Assembly (NCBI RefSeq): GCF_964204645.1
Contig: NC_134035.1
Span: 2,976,001-3,040,000, forward strand
DNA: 64,000 nt
Source of the DNA: Tubulanus polymorphus
Taxonomy: Eukaryota > Animalia > Nemertea
Direction: 5' to 3'
This document shows positions 37,337 to 50,052 of this stretch, piece after piece. The notes below the pieces were generated by a model, which saw only the letters and a program-made list of their open reading frames with translations, did not search any database and was not told where the DNA came from. The translations under genes and the position numbers were made by a program. Within the stretch, counting starts at the first letter, position 1. The number at the start of each line of letters is the position of its first letter.

Positions 37337-38355
37337 TCGTGCAAATTAGATCATTTTTCAAAAAATTGTTACCAATCTTTTCTAAGGGTCAGTCATACCC
37401 TAGAAACCTTTCAATTAATATAAGCTCATCTCTTACAGTTTTCACTCTATGGAGCTCGAAAGTTTCTATCGATTTTCCTACTTTTATGTTAACAATGATG
37501 GGCACTCTGAGTGTTTTTTTTTCAAATCACCCGTGAGTGCTGAAAGAGTTATGTCATTTTAACGTGAAAGTAATGAATTGAATACAAAATGTATAGAGCA
37601 TTTTCACCCTTTGACTGTTTAATTTATGTAATCAAAGTGGCTCCCCCTAGGGTAAGCTGCACTTCCTTTGAAATCAATCTTTTTCACATTACCGGATATT
37701 TTCGCGTTAGAGTTTTCTGGAACGAGGCCCTGAGCGACGTCCCCAGCTTCAATTCGAAAACTGTTTCGATTTCCTGAAATATAAATGAAAAATTTTACAT
37801 CTCCATAAATATCAATTAGAGGAAAACTGAAAGAGGTGTTTATTGACACCTTGAATGACACATGAATTGCTTGTCAACGATTGACGATATATGAATTAAT
37901 CGGGGTCGAATTCTGTATTTTCCTTTCATAGGAATGAAAGTTACGAAAGCAGTGTTGTCGTATGTCAGTTACATCTTTATTCTTCAAGTTCTCCGTGTTC
38001 CTGTTCCGTCCGATGAGTTGGGGTAGTCAATCAGTGTGACTACTAGCAGGATCAATAAATATATGTTGAATTTGAATATATCGATGATGACGTACCAATC
38101 ACAGCGCTTGTAACAAACCGTCAGTAGACTTATGTTGGTTTTCCCGTTAAATAGATCAATCAGCGAACGTTTTACCGAACAAGGAAGTATTTCGCAAATC
38201 GATATACGACGTCACGCGCAACAGCGCCAGTATTATTTAACGGGAGGGAGTGTTAATAGCGAAGCAAATATCGCAACTTTTTTGATGCCGTAAAAACGGG
38301 AATTACAACGATGTTCATATACATTCATACCTGTGCGTTTTTTAAAACAGGTTCT

Positions 38356-38632
38356 CATAGGCGTCCCCAGGAATTTTCATACGGGGTTCGAATAAGCATC
38401 AATCCAGCATCCAAGCACAATGTCTGGTGTTTGGGGGCCTCCCCCCAAAAAACTTTTTTTTTAATTTGAGGCTTTAGAGACGTTTTCCAGGCTCTAAATG
38501 AATCACTTAGAGTTAAAGGACTTAAGTCAAATTGGCAAGAAAAATCTTGAACATTGATTACATGTTAACTTGAGAAGTTAGCTATCTTGAAAAGGGTCCG
38601 CTACCCCTGCACCCCCCTCGGGGACGCCTATG
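38356..38632. mobile_element. hAT-like MITE
   Basis: TIR CATAGGCGTCCCC...GGGGACGCCTATG; flanks GTTCT / GTTTT. Confidence 0.7.
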
Positions 38633-39391
38633 GTTTTGTGTGAGTCAATGTGTACTACGTCATCAATATTGGAGCATTTCAAAATAACAATTACAATTGT
38701 GAATGTTCGCTTATCCATTTTGTAATATAACGCTTGCCAGGGGTCCGGTATCACTCCCGAACTCGCTTCCACCAGCCCCCTGGCCTCATGAAGCGTGATT
38801 TCATTGCCTTATCTCTTCGATGACTGTAAAATAAATGAGAAAAATTATTAGTATTTCATTAAATCATGGACGATCAATAGGAGTTTTACGACTTTGGATA
38901 TAACGACTTATCTAACTATTTGTTAGTTTTATTATAAACCTGAGAATTCCGTCCAAAATAAAACATTTTAATAATTTCATATCGATTATAAACGAACAGA
39001 TTGCTGAAATTCATTGTTGTATATAACGAGCTTTCAGTGAATGACGTTTATTTCTCATCACTTTCAAACTGCTACTGATTTAAAATGCTCATACAGTCTC
39101 TTTTGTTCTCTATTTACAGCAAGTGATCGTAGATTGTCCGCGGGTTCACGCCATTGTGGTAGTTCGTGGGCCGAAAGTAGCAGTTGACAACTGCTACGAG
39201 TACGCCCACGAACTACGCGACCGGCTCGTCGCGCAGGAGGTAAGAATAATAGTGTTAATTGACTATAGTCAGAAATGATCGACTGTGGTATTGAGCACGG
39301 TCGCTGTAGTTCGGACTTCATGATTCCAAGATGGCTGGAATATGTTTCGACTGAGCTATCGCGCGTTCAGTGATTTCCAACCATTGGTCGA

Positions 39392-39952
39392 CTAGCTACG
39401 AAAAACCAAAGTTTGCCCTGTATTTCTCGATGGATTCCCGTGAAACTTCGTAACGCTACTACGCCACATAACTGCTACTAAAAACACAATGAAAAAGACA
39501 ATATTGAATTTAGCTTTACTGACCCAACGTCTAGCGAAAAATGGAAAATATAAATTGATCACTCGGTCGGCCGATACAGCAGGAATAAACATATTCCTGA
39601 ATTGTAGGGATGTCCCATAAGCATACACAGCTGGTATATAGAACGCGGGATAGACCTTCGCTCCTTCGAGGCGGAATACCATAGTTCCTTTCAGAAAGTA
39701 GTATGCCGCAAATCTTACGGTAAAATAGAAAAACGAACATATCAAATACAGAATATCAGCGACAGCCAAAAGTTGTAGCAAGTGAAACGATACGATAGGA
39801 GATTGAAAAGCGCGTAAAACAATGATGTTCACGATATTCAAAACGACTCCGAGTACACAGATCGGTCCAATGTAGAAAATGTTCATCATCGAAATGATTT
39901 CACGACTCTTTGATTCTGGGCAAAACAGACCACCGTAAGTTGTTGCGTTCAT
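39392..39952 (-). pseudogene. Truncated GPCR paralog (TM1-TM4 only)
   Basis: Closely similar to 41248-42222 up to WRSSV (~39452), then unrelated sequence and a stop. Confidence 0.8.
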
Positions 39953-41247
39953 GTTTCCGTGAAGATAAATTGCTGAATGAATTCAATGAATTGCAACCTG
40001 TCAGAACGCGGTACTGTAAGGATTGTATTGTCACATATATAATTTGCTAATCGTGTTAATCTGAATAGACGGTGAATTTAAAGTGACAAGTTTATCATCT
40101 TTTCACTGAAGCCAATTTACTGATGTTTCTTCGTGAATCGATGAACGCATCTGAGAGGAAGACTTGACTTTGTAACGTCCGTTCTTATGCTATCTGATCG
40201 TTTTGGCGATCACAGATTTCATGAACTGCGTGAATCTAACGTTGACGCCAATTTTATAATTTGTTCTCATGCGCCTCAAGATCAGTCCGATCTACCTGAG
40301 GATCTCGCAGATCAGTTGCCGAATCTACGATCGAATTAAATACATGGCATTTATGACAGTTCGTGAACACCGAGATTCACTAAGATCCACGATTGCGTTT
40401 ATCATCATCACGTACGCGCTGAGTAGGAATTCCCTTTTTACTCATGATGCGATTTTCCAACCATCGCGAATCGTGTAATTTTATTCTTTGATTGATAATT
40501 TCTTGGTGTAAAACTTCTTATAAATCTGTATATATTGGGTTTTTATCTTCTCATCACGGATGTTTCTATCAGTCCTTATTGTGTTAGATTTACGAAATTT
40601 CATGATTGATTTACAAAAAGTCGGCCAACGAAACCTCCCGAACCCATTTCCAAGGTATGAAACATTAAAAATGAACTAATTTTTAGTTAACTGAAACTGA
40701 GAACTGTAGAACTGGATCCTGAGGCCATTACTGGTTAATGTCGTAGATTAAGACCAGTCTGAAACCAACTTGGTTCTATTGTCAATCTAACGGCTTACGA
40801 CCGGTCTTAAGGATTCAAGACAACTTTTGGAATTAGGCCATAACTGTACAACGGGGCCTTGGGGTCTATGCTATCTATGGATAAGGCCTTAGACCTTATT
40901 TGTTTTTGCCAGGCGTCTAATACACGTAGTATACGTTTTCTTTTTCATTATCAACATTTAAGATTTTTCGTTTTAGCAAAAAAAGATCAATGTCGTGTGA
41001 GCTAAATTGAAGTGCATTTTTCTACTCAGTACCACTTGTTTTACGGTATCGAACTTTTGAGATACTGATACATTATAAGATAGTGAAAATATGAATGAAT
41101 TAGATATTGTGATAAACTTCTTACTGAGACAAGGTGGGCTCGCTTTAAGAAAATGAAAATGTATTGAGTACATCTTATATATAGCAAGCAGCCCATTTTA
41201 AAACTTGTCCGTAATTTCGAAAAATGCCTTATGTAACGGCCTTTGTA

Positions 41248-42222
41248 TCATTTGTGAGGACTTTTTGTTCGTTTCACCATATCAAAGAGTATACGGCGAA
41301 ATTTCGAGTTGGCCGCGACGTAAACGAAAAAGTTCAGAAACGAATCGTTCACCGACATCATCAGTGAAAACTTTCTCATCGTACTTTGCCATTTACCCTT
41401 GTTACCGGTTAAAGAAGCCAGTCTATCGATACAGGGCGATATTTCACAGATAATAAACAGAAACACGATCATTAAAACGGTAGTCGTCGCCTGCGAAACG
41501 GATTTAGATTCTTTCCGCTTAGCGCCGAGTTCGGTCTTATTCGACGTGAGTTTAACGGTTTTGAAAATGATTAGAAAATTGAATATAATCAGCGCTAACA
41601 TTGGACCAAAAGCTACAGCAACGTAATATCGCATATTATCTTTAACTAACTTGGGTAATTTATAGATTTCTAATGACTTGTCACATCTGTTTGGCTTGTA
41701 TCCATATTTTTCGTTCAAAGCAACGCTACTACGCCACACAACTGCTACCAAAAACAGAATGACAAAGACAATATTGAATTTAGCCTTACTGATCCAACGT
41801 CGAGCAAAAAATGGAAAATATAAATTGATCACTCGGTCGGCCGATACAGCAGGAATAAACATATTCCTGAATTGTATGGATATCCCATAGGCATACAAAG
41901 ATGGCATATAGAATGCGGGATAAACATTCGATCCTCCGAGGCGGAATACCATAATTCCCTTTAGAAAGTAGTATGCCGCAAATCTTACAGTGAAATAGAA
42001 AAAGGAACATGTCAAGTACAGAATATCAGCGACGGCCAAAAGTTGTAGCAAGTGAAACGATACGATAGGAGATTGAAAAGCGCGTAAAACAATGATGTTC
42101 ACGATATTCAAAACGACTCCAAGTACACAAACCGGTCCAACGTAGAAAATATTCATCACCGAAATGATTTTACGACTTTCGTTTTCTGCACAAAACAGAC
42201 CTCCGTAAGTTGTTGCGTTCAT
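41248..42222 (-). CDS. Intronless class A GPCR, FMRFamide/peptide-receptor-like, 324 aa
   Basis: Start MNATTYGG shared with the paralog; GxxxN, LAVAD, SADRV, QATTTVLMIV, NDSFLNFFVY, NSKFRR. The upstream extension in the ORF track is not conserved in the paralog. Confidence 0.9.
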   Translation of the reverse strand: MNATTYGGLFCAENESRKIISVMNIFYVGPVCVLGVVLNIVNIIVLRAFQSPIVSFHLLQLLAVADILYLTCSFFYFTVRFAAYYFLKGIMVFRLGGSNVYPAFYMPSLYAYGISIQFRNMFIPAVSADRVINLYFPFFARRWISKAKFNIVFVILFLVAVVWRSSVALNEKYGYKPNRCDKSLEIYKLPKLVKDNMRYYVAVAFGPMLALIIFNFLIIFKTVKLTSNKTELGAKRKESKSVSQATTTVLMIVFLFIICEISPCIDRLASLTGNKGKWQSTMRKFSLMMSVNDSFLNFFVYVAANSKFRRILFDMVKRTKSPHK

Positions 42223-42930
42223 ATCTTCGTAAAGCAAACTGTAAATGAATTCAATGAATTGCAGGCTTTCAGAACGCGGTACTGTAAGGATTGTATTGTC
42301 GGATATAGAATTCGCTAATCGTAAATTTGAATAGATGATGAATTCAAAGTGAAGTAACAAGCTTATCATCTTTTCATTGCAGCCAATTAACTGAGGTTTC
42401 CTCATGAATCGATGAACGCATCTGAGATGAAGACTAGGGATATTTAATTTATTCCGCCAGTTCAAAGTTTCGCTTCTTAAAATAGAGAAATAATTCGCTC
42501 GAAAAAATGGAAGTCTGTTTCCATATAATGATCCCTACTGTGCTGAACATCGTACGGATACATATATTGTAGTATACATGAACGTTCAGAGTACGGCCTA
42601 TTCTATTCTCCAACATGGCCGTACCTTATGGGGCAGGGACAGGGTGCAGTTGCCCCCCCTGCCCAGAGATTTTGGAAAAGTGATTTTTCTGAAAATATAT
42701 TATTATGCCTGACAAGTATTTCGTTATAGGACTTACAAAGTTAAATGAATATGGTCTGACAAGGCATCAACACGACAAGTCAATAGACGACTCTCCGAAA
42801 ACCTGCGGCGATGAAACGACAATTGTACTTACAGTTTATAGAAGCCTCCATACATGACAACGGACTGCGTAAAGCTATCCAATGCAAAATCGTAGAGCGG
42901 TCACTCGCTGTGTTGATGACCCCAAAGAAA

Positions 42931-43224
42931 CATCCTACCCGGCAGGGATTCGAACCTGATGGCATCGCTAGGCCAAGCCACGGTACGCAACCCTGCCACA
43001 CTAGACCGAGTGCGCAGGTTTGCCGCGGAAAACTTGCAGCACCAATCAGATTGCCCGTTATATAATCGCCCAAGCAAATATCGCGTGGAAAAACAGGGCT
43101 GAAATAAAACGGGATTTCTGATTGGCTAATAACGTAGCTGCGCAGTGGGGCTAGTGTGGCAGGGTTTCATACCGTGCCTGAGTCTACCGATGCAATCAGG
43201 TTTGAATCCCTGCCGGGGAGGATG
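42931..43224. mobile_element. Divergent pair of tRNA-like (SINE) heads
   Basis: 87-bp imperfect inverted repeats 42931-43017 and 43138-43224, each with B box GGTTYGAATCC. Confidence 0.6.
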
Positions 43225-46200
43225 CCTAAGAAATGGTGCCCGTGTAGCGCAAACCTATATGTACATGTATTGTTCACACACTACGCAATATTACCATCTA
43301 CCGACCGTGACGTAGACCTCTGTTAACCACTTGTGCCTAACGGACAAGATAATTTGACCGTCGGCGTTTGGGACTTGCCATAACAACAAAAAATAATTAA
43401 TGTATGGTTAATTTTCTAATGGTCAAATTTCGGGGATTTGTCGTGTAAATCACTTGTTGTATTTAGAGAAAAGTGAGTTTTTTTTACAAGTTCTCCAAAG
43501 CTCCGAGCACCATTTCGTAGGATACGTTCCGCGATCGGAACATAAACTTCGCGCACCTCAAACCCACACCGGATTACACAGTAAAGGTCGTTTATAACGC
43601 CTCTGCTGGGGACCAATGTAAAAAATGGCGTTAAAAGAATTTGGCGTTATTAAAGAATGATATTTTCATTGAGTTTGAGTTCGATTGAGCAAATTTTTTC
43701 TCTGAAAATGTTGGCGTTAAATGAGCAATGGCACTAAAAAGGATGGCGTTAAAAATGGACTTTGACTGTAATTCAAAAACCATGCCCAGTACAGCAGGTC
43801 TGCTGCGAGACCCAGCAATCCATTAGAATTCGATCGCAAGAACGAAAGAAAACGTCGAGTATTTATACATCGTGTCCAAAACACATTTAATTTTTTTACT
43901 GAAAAAAGAAAATCGTTTATAACAGAGTTCAACAAATCATCAGTTTACATGTGGCATTTTCATAGTGCATATTATTTCAAACGGTTTTCTTCAATATAGT
44001 TAGACAGCTTTTAAACGTGTTTGATAGTTATGTTTACATAAATACATATTATTCGATTTTCACTCGTTCAAACTTAGTCGATTTAGTATGATTATATAAC
44101 ACAGCAGACTCCTCCTGATCGTAGAACCTATATGTCCATGATCAAACCGACTACGAGAGTCTAAAATTAGTAGTTTTCATATTTACATTTACATTATCGA
44201 AATGGACCTAGCAGTTCCGCGGTTGCGAGATCCATGTCAAATTTCAATTCAGAACTTCAGAACTGGGTCCTGGTCTATCGGGACACCGGTTTTTAACTCA
44301 GTTTGTTTCATAATCCTTGGACAGAGTTGAAAGTGGGTAAAATGGCCCGATGGAGGGAAATATAATTTGTCAAACGCCGGGCTGCATGGAACGCGCTACC
44401 TGCATTATAAGTAAAGAATATTCATATAATATACATTGATATAAAATACTTTTGTTTCTAGTACATCACATATTTAAGTAATAACCGTTCTGCATTAACA
44501 ACTAGTACACAATAAATCACTAAACACGAATTAAGATATATAACTATCATATAACTGATATTTCGTTGCATTCAAATTCAGATATGAAGTTTATCTGGTT
44601 TGTGCCTGAAAAACCGAAACGATTTTATTTACTCTTGTTAACCTACAAAATATTATTACGAATACCGGTAGTGTATTTTCTGGTCCCTGAAGTTTGTCGT
44701 AGCGATATTCCACCGTGGTTCCAATGCCAAGAATAGCTGACACTGATTTCTATATAATTAAATCTATAACCACCTAAATGTTATACACGATATTTGAGTA
44801 AAGTATGGAACGCCTGCTTTAAAATGTATACGCTCTCATTGAAACTCTTTCGACGCCTTCCTTTTATGCATCGTTTTTTTGAGTCAGTTGGTAGCAAACG
44901 AATGGTTTTTTCTTATAAATTGTGATGCAGACTCTCAAACAAATCATTTCAAAATCGGCGAAATAATACACTATTGAAAGTATAATTTCAGAACTATTTT
45001 CAGTACCGATATCCACAACGCATAAGCGAAAACCTTTGCTACTAGGTCAAAAATTTTGGACTGGGAGAGGTAGCTTGACAGGTGTCTAACCCGACAGTAC
45101 ATCGCTCGATTGGAATGTGTAGGACAGATTCCAAATATCACAGAATAAAATCCATTTTATGACATTTCACGAAGATTAATCACCAAATTTCTTCAAAAAA
45201 TTGTTCACGATTCTTTCTGTTTAAAGAAGAGAGTAATTTCGACGCCCGTTCTTACAAAACTCCACTGGTAAAAATAAGTAGAGTGTTTTTTTGAAAAGTA
45301 TTTGACAACATAACCATCATTTAATACTACATGTTATACGTTTCTTATTAAATCAATGATATTGCATGAATAGATACACGTTATATACTGAGATGAGTAA
45401 GATCTGGAAACGTTTATAATAATATATATATTTATATATATATCTATATATATATATAGATGTATTTATAATATATATGATTAACAGAAACAATATAAAG
45501 AGCACCTTTACAACAATTTCATTATCACACTCTGCTTTTCGCAAAAATCCACAATTTTCTATCGATTTTTCATATAAAGATTATGTATCACAATTTCGCC
45601 CGTGAAGAAACAGAATTGATATCTGTGATACGTGTGTCCCGAGTATTATGAATCGGCGACTATTTACAACTTTTCTGAAGAGGAATAGAACTTCTTGGGC
45701 CGCAAACATGTGCACACAGGGTAATAAGAGAAGTGTTCTAGTAGAGATGCATAAAATTCTTCGCGTGACATTCCCAATTTTCGTTTTTACGTAAATCAAC
45801 CTTTTTAAAAGTCCACAGGTAAATTTCGTATGGATGTCTCTGGCTTGTGACATGATTTGCCAACCAATGCTGGAGACTCACCATATACATAAACAACCAT
45901 AGATAATCATAGATCCAGTTCCACAGTTGTGAGTTAAAGTTAACCCTGAGTTGAAATTACATTAGTTCATTTTCAGTGTAAGTTTACTTTAACTCGTTGT
46001 GGAATTGGATGCAGGGAATTACCTAACTAACTTAGAGGGTCTGCCACCTTCAGTATTTGCCAACCAATATGGTCGCGATGAAAAAGTTTGTGGCTAAAAT
46101 ACCTCTATAGCACTAAGAGAATGTCCGGAATGAGCTCGATTGGAATGTATAGGACAAATTTCAAATATCACAGAAGAAAATCCATTTTATGACATTTCAC

Positions 46201-46363
46201 GAAGATTAATCACCAAATTTCTTCAAAAATTGTTCACGATTCTTTCTGTTAAGAAGAGAGTGATTTCGACAGTTCGTATAGTAACGCACACGCACATTTA
46301 TCAAAAACGGAAATTTCAGACGAGTCATCTTTTGATATATCCATCCGTATAAGTATCGCTGCG

Positions 46364-46437
46364 TTAGAACGTTTCAGCTATGACGCTGTTCGGCGGGCTT
46401 TGCAAAATGAAACTACCGCGACCGCTGGAGACATCAT
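46364..46437 (-). CDS. EPS8: EPS8-family terminal exon (long isoform), DVSSGRGSFILQSPPNSVIAETF*
   Basis: tttcag acceptor; phase 1 matches the GTAAGT donor at 48284; TAA at 46364. Confidence 0.65.
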
Positions 46438-46579
46438 CTGAAACTGAGGAGAAAAATCTTCCATTAGCGAATTATTTCCGAATGGCTGAAACAGGGTTAT
46501 AGAGGAGCCGTTTATAGAGGAGCCATGTTAACCTGCAGTCGAATCAGTAAAACGTAATAACGTACTTTATTGGTTTAGG

Positions 46580-46619
46580 GTACAAGCTTTCGCTACTATA
46601 GTAGTTGCATAGCCAGTAC
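46580..46619 (-). ncRNA. Hammerhead-like variant with altered core
   Basis: GTAC-TGGCTATGCAA-CTAC(TATA)GTAG-C-GAAA-GC-TT-GTAC, then AATAAA; related copy at ~32314-32360. Confidence 0.4.
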
Positions 46620-48231
46620 ACTCTGACATGGAGAACAGATTATAAGTTTAAAATCTGTTATAAACAAAATTTAAAATATCAAAAGCGAATTTTCTTTATC
46701 AAAGATATAAATCAAAATACACAACATTTTTTATCCTCTCACACCTGACAATGGTCTGTCATGTCTTCTAACTTTAATTTTTGGTAAATAGAATTCACTT
46801 TAAATCTTTTGAATTTTGTACACAGTGGGTTTCAAACTTATTCCGCTACTAGACTTAAATAGCTTCATGGGGTAAATGAGTTTTACTGATTTGACTGAAA
46901 CTGATATTTTTTTTTCATACGATTTAGCTGAGAGATAAGAATCTTTCAAAAATAGATGAGCCGAACTTCAACAGGTCGATGGCATTAAAAAAAAAGCTCT
47001 TTAGAAAGTCATTTTTAACAAGATTTAAAGCATGATATGTACTTATGATGTCACCAAACGACATGAAATTTCTGAGAGAAATGGTTTGATATGTGTACAT
47101 GGATTAGTATATGAATTGTATACGAATAGATATGAATCGAGTAAAGAAAGAAAATCTGAATATATGCATAATCATTATCATATATTATGAAAATGATAAA
47201 ATTACACAAAACAATACAATATCATTTTCATACACATTGCATCATTTGATTTATTCTAGAAAATAGTACGCATGTTTCATTCGTATTCTGGCTGGTAAAC
47301 ACAAATGCACTCCCTCCCTGGCATGCGAGTTTGGAGAAATCTTTTAGAATTACCGGTATATATGATAGCTCCATTCAAATGCAGCAGGCACGGTATGAAG
47401 AGTATCCCCATGATCTTTCAAGGGGGTAGGGGTCTAAAAGAGCCAAATCCACTACATTTCAAATGATGTAACTTAAAATCTTGGCCATATCGATATAGAA
47501 ATCATACTTGTAGAAATTGAAGCTGTAGTCACACCCTAAAACAATCCGGGCACTACTTTCGATCTAAATTGTCGTCATTGTGGAAAGAAAAAGTAATTTT
47601 CCTCATTTGAAAAAGGGTACTATGACCCAAGTGGGGATTTGTTCAGCTCTGTGACCCTCAGAGTATTGAGGACTCCCTTTAGGCATTTTACATCGAAAAG
47701 GGCACTTTCTGTAAAATTCTGAATACTCTGGGAAAGGCTATTCAAAAGAGCAACGCAACCGGAGCGTGCTTTCCTAAGAAATATCATTGAGAAAACCCAC
47801 AATATCATCAATCTAATCAACATCAATTTAAACAGCTGTTATTGTTTTTTTCTCATGTTTCCTGAATCCTTCCACCCATTTTCTGAGTTTATTTGAAAAT
47901 GAATTATTCACCAGTTGAAAAAACAATTACAGTTGTGTAAATTGATATTGTGGGTTTGCTCTCTTGATGATTTTCAACAAGACTGGAAAAAGTCTCAACT
48001 ATGTACAATATCAAGACCTCTGATCTTACCCTAAGATAGCCCACTGTATACATATGAACGGAGCTATTCGGTATAAATATGTATGTGATTATACGACGAT
48101 ATTTTTGTCGTTTACCTGCTGTACGAGCATGATTTGTCTAAAAGGACAAACATTGTACAAAAAGTAAGCGAAATGCAATTTCTCCTAATCTATATATTAA
48201 ACGCGGAAGATTTCTTCACGAAGAGAGTATT

Positions 48232-48438
48232 TCAGGTAGCCATTGAAGAGAGATCTAGTGAACTGCGTGACGCGCTGCACTTACTCGTTGAAGCGTTCGA
48301 CGAGATCGGATCGTCGGGTAGAAACGTCGGCGGACAGCCGAGGTCGGTCGTCGCGTGGTCGTCGTCGATCATGCTATCCGATACCTCTTTACGATGACGT
48401 AGGATTTTCTTCAACTCCGACGAGCCGGTCGTGTTGAA
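48232..48438 (-). CDS. EPS8: EPS8-family exon FNTTGSSELKKILRHRKE...; internal donor after 48285 or readthrough to TGA at 48232
   Basis: Phase 0 acceptor ttccag; resembles the EPS8 C-terminal SEL..I...R motif. Confidence 0.8.
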   Translation of the reverse strand, partial: FNTTGSSELKKILRHRKEVSDSMIDDDHATTDLGCPPTFLPDDPISSNASTSKCSASRSSLDLSSMAT

Positions 48439-49120
48439 CTGGAATGAGATTTAATCGGACAGGAATTAAAGTTGAGAGGGTTTGTATCAACATATCTTCT
48501 GGTAATACGCCTGTCAACCTATCAATTACCACATCAAGGACCAAAGTGAATTTTCAGGGACGAAATAAGGAAAAATGAAGAATTAAGACAATCAGAGTGA
48601 CAGTAGAAATTGTTTCAGGGGCAGCAATAGATTTTCAATAGCATCGAAAAAACACCAGCAGGGTCAGTGAGGCATTTTCAGGGACTGTCCTTGACCAATC
48701 AGAACGAGTGACTGCCTGTAATTCGTTTCTGAATACCATCAGTCAACGTTTGTAACAATTCGATAACAAGCAATTTGTCTAAAACTAATAAGAAAATAAT
48801 GAATGTTAGTTGCAGTTTCGTCAGGAATTGTTAACTGTATTCATATTGGCATTCAAAAACCTAGGTGTTGGTTGTTGATTCTAGATTGTCCAGCGTATGT
48901 CGGGTTGCGTTGCATCACAATAAGTTGAATGTGTATGATTCATTGTGATTGGCAGAGAATCGCCTACCAAGGAGTTGTAAGCAGTCACAGGGCTCAACCA
49001 AGCCTGTTTTAAGACTTTGAGTTTGTTAAGTTAACTAAACTAAACGACCTGGCGTCAGTTTCAATATAGCTAACGCTCTTAGACAGAACGCTACCGATGA
49101 ATGAGAAAACATTAACTCAC

Positions 49121-49259
49121 GCCGCACAGGTTTTTCTGTACTAGTATCTGACTCTCGAGTCGAGCGCCTTCGTCTTTAACCGACGAAGCGGCGCGGATGT
49201 TGTGGCGAGACATTTTGAACAGATCAGCACCGTTTTTTCCTCGGAGATTGTTCTGAACT
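49121..49259 (-). CDS. EPS8: EPS8-family exon, SAM-like/effector region
   Basis: VQNNLRGKNGADLFKMS...EGARLESQILVQK (compare EPS8 LNGAQLF...EGARVYSQITVQK); AG/GT boundaries, phase 2 to 0. Confidence 0.9.
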
Positions 49260-49686
49260 CTGGAAAATAAATCAAAAGCGATGTTACACCAGCAATCTGC
49301 GTATATTTTCTAAACCATCCATACACTGAGCACCACTCTGATGCCAGAAGGATTCGAAACCTTTGGATCGACTGGGACCAATGGTCTACTCGTTTATGAC
49401 ATAACGTATCAGTTGTGTTCACACTACATTATTCAAAACAATTTTTAATTCTTTTTCTTATAAATTGAGTCTGTTTCAATTTAGAACGGACCAAGCGCTC
49501 ACATTGGCGAAAAGTCCGTTCTAAATTCTATTTTATTTTAAAATCGACCATATTTAGAACAATCAAAGACTTATCCAGGTCTTGATTTTAGAGGGGACCA
49601 CTTCTCTGTGACTGTGTGAATAGAAACTGTGCTTTAATCGTCGGCCAATCACTGCATCGCGTCTAGCTGAAGCACAGGTAACTTAC

Positions 49687-49846
49687 TCAGAACTGAATCC
49701 CTTACAAATCAACCAATCGTTTACTTCCTCTTGACTAGAATTCTGACTGATGTAAACGTTCGACGCGCGTTTCGACGTTTTATTCTGATTTCGACCGAGC
49801 GTCATTCGCTGTTTCAGTTCGTTCTGCAAATCGTCCGTTGGATTCC
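49687..49846 (-). CDS. EPS8: EPS8-family exon
   Basis: DDLQNELKQRMTLGR...SSQEEVNDWLICKGFS; phase 1 to 2. Confidence 0.9.
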
Positions 49847-50010
49847 CTACGGAGAGAGATAATGAATCATCTTCAATGTAACGCCACCAAACTGTTCTCG
49901 AAATCTGATTCATCTTATTGCGATCAGTACAGCCCCATTTTGGGTACTCACTATAATGGGGTTCTTCATATTGAGATCTAACATTCAGTGAGAAAAACTT
50001 AGCTACTTAC

Positions 50011-50052
50011 GCATTTGAATCTCCTGCTTCTTTTTCAACGATTTTTCATCAT
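50011..50052 (-). CDS. EPS8: EPS8-family 42-nt exon (DEKSLKKKQEIQM)
   Basis: tttcag / gtaagt boundaries; phase 1 to 1. Confidence 0.7.

Noticed and set aside
42223-42465. 81-aa N-terminal extension of the GPCR in the ORF track
   Set aside because: Non-ATG start, and the homologous region of the paralog is not open; the ATG at 42222 is preferred.
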